From Flectonema sp. DT1601 (taxonomy: Eukaryota), in assembly GCA_964019425.1 (NCBI GenBank), contig OZ025782.1:124001-188000 (forward strand): 64,000 nucleotides of DNA. Reading direction: 5' to 3'. Positions 1 through 8,835 of this stretch are shown here, piece after piece. The position numbers were made by a program, and so were the translations under genes. The notes under the pieces were generated by a model. It was not told the DNA's origin and did not search any database. It was given only the letters and a program-made list of their open reading frames with translations. The number at the start of each line of letters is the position of its first letter. Positions within the stretch are counted from its first letter, which is position 1.

Positions 1-790
1 AGAAACTGAACTCCGCCAGAGTCATTCTCGTGAAAGAATCTAAAGAAAGTAATTTAATCATTACTTGCTGACATAAATAAGATCGAGGAATCTTGAATTC
101 AACCGAAGACTGCAAGCTGATGTCGTTAATTTCTTTCATCGGCTGTGCCATTCTCCAAGGATAACTACCATTAAGCACTAAGTACAGGCAAGCACCCATC
201 GCCCAAGCGTCAACAGGGAAAAGGGAGTTTTCGTCGCTGGTTTTGATGGTTTTCGCTGATCCAAAATCGCAAATTTTCAAATTTTTACGAGTCGTATCAG
301 TCCAAAGAATACTACCTGGTTGGATGTTACAGTGAACAGTTCCATGGCTGTGAAGCTCTTTTATTATATCACAAATCTGGCTGAACGCAATTTTTGCGTC
401 ACCCTCAGACCAACATTCCTCCAATAAGATTCCACTTGGAGAGATGCTACACAAGGGACCTCCAGATAGGTATTCCATAACAATGTAAACCATCTTTGAT
501 CCGCTTAATACTTCAATAATGTTTACTACTCGTTGATGATTTGAAAACTGTTTGTGAATAGCAATTTCACTATCGTGTGAAACCATCTTCGGTACTTCTT
601 TAATGGCGTACACTTCACCATCTTTTAATGCCTTGTAGATTGTTGATCTGTTTCCCCCGTGAATAACTTCAACAATAATATACCCGTTGAGTTCAATCAG
701 TTCTCCGTTTGAATTCTTCATAAAAGTCAACTCTTCGTCGGCTATTTTAACACCGAAGTTTGTGTCTAAAGAAGAGGCACCACATCCCAT
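1..790 (-). CDS. Protein kinase-fold pseudokinase with N-terminal MGCGAS acylation motif (3' end runs off the window)
   Basis: Not in the ORF track because it has no stop in the window. Manual translation from ATG at 790: MGCGASSLDTNF...IHGGNRSTIYKA...YAIKEV...VYIVMEYLSGG...HCNIQPGSILW...KICDFGSAK...PVDAWAMGACLY..., open to base 1. Confidence 0.85.
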   Translation of the reverse strand, partial: MGCGASSLDTNFGVKIADEELTFMKNSNGELIELNGYIIVEVIHGGNRSTIYKALKDGEVYAIKEVPKMVSHDSEIAIHKQFSNHQRVVNIIEVLSGSKMVYIVMEYLSGGPLCSISPSGILLEECWSEGDAKIAFSQICDIIKELHSHGTVHCNIQPGSILWTDTTRKNLKICDFGSAKTIKTSDENSLFPVDAWAMGACLYLVLNGSYPWRMAQPMKEINDISLQSSVEFKIPRSYLCQQVMIKLLSLDSFTRMTLAEFSF

Positions 791-2280
791 TTTTTTGTCG
801 GTAACTGTTGTAAAAAAATGATGACTTAATACTGTAAAGAAAAGATTAACCCTTCGGACACATTACCTCATTCGATTTGCATTCTTTGTGCTCACATTCT
901 GGTGATATAAAAGATTACAATGGAAACAATGTTCTCGTCAGTCTCGCACAAGGAACGCTCCACCCGATGTGGCACCTGATTTTCACAAGGCGGTTAAGAC
1001 TCGACTCAGCCTGACCAATGAGCAAGTTCCTCCACCTCTTCAGAAAAGAGAATAGTAACAAACGAAAAGACAAAAATAGAAAGGGAAAAAAGAAGATTCA
1101 AAAAACAAAAACAAAACAGGAGCATCCCTAGCGAAGACGACTCACTGTATCATGGTGAGAAACAGAGCTTTGATGAATTGCACAACAGAACACCAACTAA
1201 CAAGAACCACACAGGGGAGCACCGAATATCGTACCACAATACGGTTATCCAAAAGTCACATAGAGTTGGTTTCTACTGCCCGTGCAAAAATTGAATTTAA
1301 GCATGAAAACTAAGCCTATCTCATGATACCCACAATGTGGATATCTGAGCACTCACTCGACAAACACATCCAGTGCATTCGGTTAGGCTAATTGTAAGAT
1401 AACAGTAGAATCTCATTATTCATACATTCATGAATTCATCACTTTGGATGGGAGGAATAAGACGAAGTTGTTGAAAAAGCGTCGGTCACTTGCGAGAGTA
1501 ATTCGAAAACTCCTCTTTTGCCACAAGCAACAAGAAAAAAAAAACTCCTACTTGATAGTATACTTAATGAAGAGGAAGTGATTGAGAGAGAAAACTTCAT
1601 CAATTATTTTTAGTTCGGGAAGGGAGGAAAGAAATAGAGATACGAAACAGCGTGGAGGCAAGCCACCATAGGCTAAAGTAGCCGTAAAAGAGAGCAATCA
1701 ATGAGCAAGACTCTGTTTGCGCGATTAGAGCAAGCGATCGCAGTGGCGGATTTATAACAAAAAGAGTTATTCTCCGACAAAGCAATAAGCAAATGATGCG
1801 CTATAATCAGAGTCCGCTCATCTTAGGTTGAAGAACGTCGTTCTTTTATTTTACTATCATTTCTTTTTCTCCACTTTTTTTTTTTTTTTTTTTTTTTCTA
1901 AATATGTCAAGGTTATCATTTCATTCCTCTTCCGAATGTAAATCATTTTCTCGATCTGTTTTTCATCGTGCTTTCCCCTTTTCTTATATCACCGAAGTCG
2001 TCGAATCGACTTCATTAGTTATTTGCATACAATGGAAACATCCAATAATTAGACAAAAGACACCACGAAGGATATCTGATACTGCGATCCAAGGAGATAA
2101 TTAATTTCAGTGACGCACTCAGCCAAACGTTTTCACATAAACCTAAAAAAAAAAAAAACCTTTCAGATTAGCCTTATATTGCGTTAAACGCAGAGAGAAT
2201 CTTGTCTCACGGGGAATACATCATGACCATAAGAAATAACGGCTTTTTCAATCTGAATAGTTGTTTCTCTGACTGTCGGT

Positions 2281-2313
<33 letters not shown>

Positions 2314-2330
2314 AAGTTTTATAAATCAAT

Positions 2331-3716
2331 TTATTCACTGTGATTCTTGACATCGTTAATTAGATTTTTTATCGCCTGCCATGAACCAATACCTCCTCCC
2401 ACAACACCGACTAAGATGATGACACATAAAAGTCCGTACCACATTAGTACTTTTCTGCTACGAGGTTCACCATCAAGCTCCATCTCGTGTATCTTAATTG
2501 CGAAAACGCAAGGTAATACGAAAACCATCATAGTGACACACAGAGCTCCGACCAGTGACATGAACGAATCAAAGTAAGGTACGAAGTAAGCGATAACTGC
2601 ACTTGTCAGTAGAAAGAACAATCTAAGAAAGAATCTCGGAACAATAATCGCAGGCTTCCAAGACGTGATGTACTTTCCATCTTCTGGAATCAGGTTAAGG
2701 TACTCTTCAAGTTCATGAAATATAACGTGTTGCAGAATTGGAAATGTCAATAAAGTATTAAGAGTCATAGCAAGCTTGATACTCACGGTACCAATATTAC
2801 CCTTTGGAAGTGAATTTACAATCGGAGACTGAACATTGTGTCCATAAATCTGGTATCCAGTAATAGCAACAGGAAGATAAAATCCCAAGAGGGTGGAGAA
2901 CGACCAACGAAGAACACTCTTGAAACGGGTTCTACCAACTCCCAGTTCTGCCATGTTATTTTGGATAGTTGGAAAACACGCATGTCCTCCGTATGACAAT
3001 ACTACTGCTGAGAATGCTATTGGGAAGTCCATGATATTAAGAACTTTGTGTGATGGAGATTCATCAGGTTGATGTAATGAGGCAATTAAAATAATCGAAA
3101 ACACACCAACAATAGTAACAACGCCTCCCAAAGCTGAACTAAAAGAAAGTGCGTCGACATCCTTCAACAGAAGTGTTGGAGCCGCAACAAGAGCAACAGA
3201 TATAAGAGTCCAGCTCTTCTTTGTTGGATGGTGAGCACTATCAGCCTGCTCATAGGTATCATGTAAGAATCCAGCAGCCAAGATTAAAAACAGGGTTGAT
3301 ACTCCCAAAACGGTACCTTTTTGAAAAAAATGAACTATGAACTTACCCCACCAACCGAAGCAGTGTTCTCCAGTCTCTGGGTATCCAGCAAGACGTCCGG
3401 TTGGTCTGTATAGGTTATCAATAACTAAATCACCAGTGTAATTAGCCATGATGGCAATAATTACTAATGTTGGTGCCATCATCCAACCTCCCTGTTCAAG
3501 CGTCTGCGGTAACTGTAAAATACCAGTTCCAGCCATCGTACAAACAACATTTGCATAGCACTTGAACATCTCTTTTCTCTTCGTTCCTTTTGTCAGTATC
3601 GAGGCACTGGAAGACACGGCATCGTCTCCACTTGAGTAGTTAGAGTCTTCTTCGTGTACTTGGACTCTCGAATAACCATCAGTCGCAACCATTTTACTGA
3701 TTGAGTTGCTTGGCAT
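2331..3716 (-). CDS. Amino acid transporter, AAAP/Aa_trans (SLC32/36/38-like) family, 461 aa
   Basis: Motifs GTGILQLP..GW and LSYGGH.CFPTI, YG..VQSPI; about 11 hydrophobic segments; intronless ORF. Confidence 0.9.
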   Translation of the reverse strand: MPSNSISKMVATDGYSRVQVHEEDSNYSSGDDAVSSSASILTKGTKRKEMFKCYANVVCTMAGTGILQLPQTLEQGGWMMAPTLVIIAIMANYTGDLVIDNLYRPTGRLAGYPETGEHCFGWWGKFIVHFFQKGTVLGVSTLFLILAAGFLHDTYEQADSAHHPTKKSWTLISVALVAAPTLLLKDVDALSFSSALGGVVTIVGVFSIILIASLHQPDESPSHKVLNIMDFPIAFSAVVLSYGGHACFPTIQNNMAELGVGRTRFKSVLRWSFSTLLGFYLPVAITGYQIYGHNVQSPIVNSLPKGNIGTVSIKLAMTLNTLLTFPILQHVIFHELEEYLNLIPEDGKYITSWKPAIIVPRFFLRLFFLLTSAVIAYFVPYFDSFMSLVGALCVTMMVFVLPCVFAIKIHEMELDGEPRSRKVLMWYGLLCVIILVGVVGGGIGSWQAIKNLINDVKNHSE

Positions 3717-3832
3717 TACCTATTGAAAAAAGGAAATAAATAAAAAAAACTATTTTATGAATAGAAAACGATTACTTTTTTATTATAATAATAAAAAATA
3801 ATTAGTAACAATGTGACAAAAGACGACAGCTA

Positions 3833-4687
3833 TCAATCAGCACCCGTCTTCGAATATCTAACAGATTCACCATTCATAGTACTCTTCCGAGATAGTCGTA
3901 ATTCAGAGGTAAGTTGTGATAAAGTATTATTTAAGTTAGTAACAGCTACGAGAATCATTGAAGAAAGATGATCACTACTTAACGGCTGACCAGTATACGA
4001 TGATTGAGGAATCCCAAGCGACGATGGATGCTCCGATTGGTACCGTTTTGAATTGCTCTGATCTGAGAAGGCACTTCTCTTCATTGTCTTCTTTGTAGTA
4101 ACATCGTTATCACTGTTGTTGTCTTGAGATTCATTCATTGATTTGTTATTTAAACTGGAATTCATCTTCTTCTTCTTCTTTTTCTTCTTACTGTGGATAG
4201 CTATTGGAGTGGAACTTATTGTTGATGTTTGTTGGATAGTGTTATTATTAGATTTTTTCTTCTTCTGTTTCTTTGTTTTAGTAACTTTTTGAGTGACTTG
4301 TTCTTCGTTAGAGCTACTCGGGTGGAAAAGTTTTCGTTGGTTTGATGTTTCCGACAACTCTGATTCTCCAGAGAGAGAATCAACCGGTGAGCAATAATCA
4401 GTTCCGTCATCACTTACATAAACAGTTGGTGTGAGTTCAGATTGTAAGCACAGCTTTATGTGATCATTATTAGTTAAAATATTTGTTGACTGTTCTTGAC
4501 TGCTGACCGTAGTGCCTTCCATTTCAAGTTCGATATTATCTGTTGGGTACTTTTCGTCACTCAGTTGTTTTATTATTAGTTTGGTGACTTCTTTAATGCT
4601 TAAATTACTCTCTTCTGGTAGCCACCACATGAAATCCCTCGCACCATCACTCGACAAACCTTCAGAGAGAGAGACTCTGAGGCGCAT
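3833..4687 (-). CDS. Putative nuclear protein with coilin-N-like (ubiquitin-like) N-terminal domain and Lys-rich NLS/NoLS, 284 aa
   Basis: N-terminus MRLRVSL...FMWWLP...IKEVTKLI...IELEMEG...NILTNNDHIKL resembles the coilin N-terminal domain pattern (by eye). It is followed by Ser/acidic low complexity and KKKKKKKK tracts. Confidence 0.6.
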   Translation of the reverse strand: MRLRVSLSEGLSSDGARDFMWWLPEESNLSIKEVTKLIIKQLSDEKYPTDNIELEMEGTTVSSQEQSTNILTNNDHIKLCLQSELTPTVYVSDDGTDYCSPVDSLSGESELSETSNQRKLFHPSSSNEEQVTQKVTKTKKQKKKKSNNNTIQQTSTISSTPIAIHSKKKKKKKKMNSSLNNKSMNESQDNNSDNDVTTKKTMKRSAFSDQSNSKRYQSEHPSSLGIPQSSYTGQPLSSDHLSSMILVAVTNLNNTLSQLTSELRLSRKSTMNGESVRYSKTGAD

Positions 4688-6291
4688 GATAAAAGTTTCT
4701 CACATCAACCTTTTTGCTGCAGAAAGAGAAAATTTCAAACTTATATTCCTCTAACAAACAAACTATAAACAGGTCGGGGCCTATCAAAAGACTAAATGCA
4801 AGTTAACTTCACAGACAGTTTAAAATTATTCATGTGTTGTGTACTAACTCTTGCTGGGTATTTCCTTTTTTTTGGGTAAAATATCCCGAGGCAGTCTTCC
4901 ATCATGTGACTTTTATACCTGGAAAAGAAAAAAGAAATTACCAATTTGTTAGAACGTAACATGCTGTGTTGCATAAGGTATTTTATTTTGAGCTGCACCA
5001 CAAATTCACCTACCCAATGAACCATCTCAAAAGAGAATAGGCTAATGGTGAACAGTGGTGCAAAAAAAAAAAGGAAGAGGAATGAAGAACATTTGGCTGA
5101 TTAAATTAATTTATCAGTAAGCTCAAAAAAACAATATAAATAATACAGTTATTTTTTTAACACAACTTTTGCCAACCTTCTGTAACTTCATAAAACAACT
5201 AATAAAAAGAGGGGGGGACAATAGCGAGAAAAAAAAAAAAAAGCAAAAGCGATATTATAACGAAATCTCGACAAATAAAAATTCGTTTGTCTGGATTTCT
5301 ACCGCTTGCCTCTCGCTATCAGAAATACAGAAGAACCTCGTCACAATGATTATAGCATTTCAGCAATGCCTCATTGCTTCGATGACTTTTCCATATTTAT
5401 ATGGGGGAAAAAAAAAAAAGAAAACGTTATATAAAATGACTTGATACGACCAGAGAGGTAAATAAAAATTAAAAAATTACAAACAAAAAAAAAAAAAAAA
5501 AAAAAAATCACCAAACGCGAAAGAGAGCAGTAGGGATCTCAATCAGTGAAAACAAAAAAAAAAAAAAAAAACGCACAAACTTAAAATCAGTGCGAGGTGG
5601 GGTGCCTATAGTTGCCACGAGTAGGGAAGAGTTTCAAATGTTCCCTACAATATTAAGTTGTTTTGATTCACCTCGTAGATGTAAGGGACTAAACAAACTG
5701 CGCAAATCTCAATAATCACGTTTTCTCATCCACAGAGACTGCAACTACAAGGAACCCCAAAAGAAAAAACGAAACATAAACTAGAAAATAAAATGATGGG
5801 GCTGGGAGAACAAAATCAGTGATTGGTAACTTATTGATAAGCGAAGCAGATTCTACTAAAAATTTAGAGAGTACGCACAACTACTTCAGTTCACTTGTAT
5901 ATTAACAAACAATTTTTTTCAAAAAGAAGAAATCAATGAACGAGTTCGATTGGTTTCAACCGTTCTTGTTCTGTTTTGCTGATTGGTTTAGAAAAATTAG
6001 CGTTTTTTTTAAAAGTCATAAAAAAAGAATTACTGCTATATTTTATTTATACCACGAAAACCGTAACCCCAGTGAAATTAATGTAAAGGGATGTACGAGT
6101 CTCGTCTCGAGAAGAAAGAATTCTCCATTGTCAACCCAAATACTCAGCACGCAAAGCTGATAACGGGTAGGAGAACACACGAATGTATAGTTTGCGGGTC
6201 ATACTTTCAAACAGTAGTTGTCGTTATTGTTCTTTTGTTTATTGTTATTTATTTATTATTTTTTTTTTCTTGATTCAGCACAAAAAAGATT

Positions 6292-6879
6292 CTAGACACG
6301 ACTGTGTTGGTTGTCCTGCTGGTGGTAATTATTGAGAGGTTGACTGTTCGAAGAATGATTATCCTTTGGAACTGGTTTGTAACATCCCCTAACACACAGA
6401 AACATAATCGCTACTACTCCAGACAACAGACAGCAAACAAAACCTATGTAAGGCTTAATCTCTGAATTAGGCAAATCATCTCGGGCGTCAGCTGCATCAA
6501 CATATACCAGAACAGAAGCGACAATAGTAATGATTGACGAGATAAAGAAGAGATATGGAAAGAAGTTAAGTGGGCATCTCATCTTGTCGTATGGACACAT
6601 ATATCCCAAGATGGTAAGCAAAGCGGTGATTGCTGAGAATAGCACAGTTAGAACCAATCCACCCATGGTAGCTTTTAATTTATGCGACAGGTCGTCTTCT
6701 ACATTATCATCATCATACCCGTCCCTAATTGAGGAAGTGTACTTGAAAGGCTCGTTAGGATTGAGTTGCATGAAGGGTCTCATCATTGCCAGGAAGGCCA
6801 AAACCACTAAAATGGCGCAAAAAATCAAATCGGCAATTCCGTTCCATGCCTGGCGTCTCATACCACTTTCCATAGACAT
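6292..6879 (-). CDS. Four-TM membrane protein, amastin/claudin/PMP22-like, 195 aa
   Basis: Four hydrophobic segments, a larger first extracellular loop, Y.GF motif at the start of TM4 and a polar C-terminal tail. Family assignment by pattern only. Confidence 0.6.
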   Translation of the reverse strand: MSMESGMRRQAWNGIADLIFCAILVVLAFLAMMRPFMQLNPNEPFKYTSSIRDGYDDDNVEDDLSHKLKATMGGLVLTVLFSAITALLTILGYMCPYDKMRCPLNFFPYLFFISSIITIVASVLVYVDAADARDDLPNSEIKPYIGFVCCLLSGVVAIMFLCVRGCYKPVPKDNHSSNSQPLNNYHQQDNQHSRV

Positions 6880-8276
6880 ATTTGGTTTTTTTTTGTTTTT
6901 TTAAACTATAAAAAAAGATTAACTATTAATAAAATCATCAAAAATCTAAGCATGCTTAATATGAAAACAGAGAGGAATTTAAAAAAAAAAAGAAGAAAAA
7001 TCTTCTTCAAGAAGAAAAGAGAACAAAAAAAAAAAAAAAAGATGACAATTTGCGGATCCTCACATTATTAATTTTTATGAGATTATTAAAAAAAAAATTT
7101 TTGAGAAAAAAAACAAAAGATAAGTGAAAAAAACATAGAAACAATAAATTTGTTCTACTATTTCCGTATAACACTCGAGGAATACGTAGTTTCACGACAT
7201 TATCTTATACTACTTGTCCCTTTTTAGCCATTCACCAGACTAATCCCCTTGTTCATATGATGTTAACAATATTACAGTACAAGAATTTGGTCGAATGGAA
7301 ATGAAAACGTCAAAACCCTCAGCAACAACAAAAAAAAAATGAGGATAAATTTGATACTACATTTTTTTAAGCTCAAAGAGAAAAACAATTTCTCTGATAA
7401 TTTTGACTGTCGGATTAAATGACTGTAAATAATGCCACTAAAGTCAACATAGTTAAGCGCCACTTCCCATATGTTACCGTAACAGTTTTTTTTATAAAAC
7501 TCATGAGTGCTTAATTATTAATCATACTGTAATGAAAAACTTAATCATGGAAAGACTAGGAAGGGCGGCGGGCCTTTGTCAATAGCCGTATATACTGGTA
7601 TTTGATGATACGAAAATTGTATTAAAAGGGAGTTCAAGATGGTGAAACACGTTGTGAAATAATTAAACGTAGCACACCTTAAAACAAAAAGGAAATGTGA
7701 TAATTTGCATTTACGGTCAACAGTCGGTAAGTAAAGTGTCATTCCTTCAGGAGGATAATTTGATACTGCATTATTAAAAAGCTCAGGGAGAGAAAAATTT
7801 CGTTTTTTTTTTTTTTTTTTTTTAAAAAAACGTGAATTTTGCCGTTTTAAAGTACTCGGGGGTTCTGATTTGTTATTTTTTTTTCAAAAAATTGTGTGAT
7901 TTTTTTTTGAACGTTGAAAGGCTGTTGCAGATCATTGCAGATCACTAAGTGAAATTTGAGAACACCACTTTATGCCATCTAAAGAAGAAGCACTTCATAA
8001 ACACACAACTTCGTTCAAAACGTACGAAAACAACAATGCGAAGTAAAACAATCCAGGTTAAGAACAAGTGAAGCACCGAATAGTATTTCGGTGGGATACC
8101 AAGATCGCTTACATGGAAGTAGTTTTTCACTTCGATTGCAAGTTTCCAGATCGGTCGTCAACAAACTGTAAGAGAAAATAAAAATGAAAGATTTTTTTCG
8201 ATTCTACAATAAAACCACAATGCGAAGTAAAAACCCAATCCAAGTTAAAAGAATAATTTATTGCCCAAACCTCCTT

Positions 8277-8340
8277 GGTCAGGTGAGTTCTGAACATTAT
8301 TCTTCACTAGGTAGTCAAGTGAATGCTTTTATTCATCACC
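8277..8340 (-). ncRNA. Candidate box C/D snoRNA, copy 1 (64 nt)
   Basis: Minus strand reads G-GTGATGA (C) -14 nt- TTGA (D') -7 nt- GTGAAGA (C') -18 nt- CTGA (D)-CC, with terminal GG/CC. No target identified. Confidence 0.45.
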
Positions 8341-8771
8341 GAATAGTATTTCAGTGAGATAATAACATCGCTTACGTGAAGTGGGTGCACTTCGCCTGCG
8401 AGTTGTCCGTAAAGAATAAAAAGATTTAAAAAAAAAGGAAAAAAAAAAAAAAAAACATTCTTTAATTCTTATATTTTTTTCGTTCGAGGCGAAAACTTGC
8501 AATGCGAAAGTAAAAACAATCCAAGTTAAAGAATAACTTATTGCCCAGACCTCCTTGGTCAGGTGAGTTCTGAACGTTATTCCTCTTCAGGTAGTCCTGT
8601 AAACGACTTCTATAAGTACCAACGGAGCAGTACGTCGTATCGCATACGAGACGTCGTCTCACTTCGAGCAAGGAGTTCAATCTATTATTTTTGCTTTATA
8701 AACGAAAACTTGCAATGCGAAGTAAAAACCCAATCCAAGTTAAAAGAATAATTTATTGCCCAAACCTCCTT

Positions 8772-8835
8772 GGTCAGGTGAGTTCTGAACATTATTCTTC
8801 ACTAGGTAGTCAAGTGAATGCTTTTATTCATCACC
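8772..8835 (-). ncRNA. Candidate box C/D snoRNA, copy 2 (identical to copy 1)
   Basis: Same sequence inside the second A repeat, offset 495 bp. Confidence 0.45.

Noticed and set aside
860..2330. Short 60-110 aa ORFs here and in other spacers (poly-K / poly-F rich)
   Set aside because: Products of homopolymer A/T tracts with no protein-like composition.
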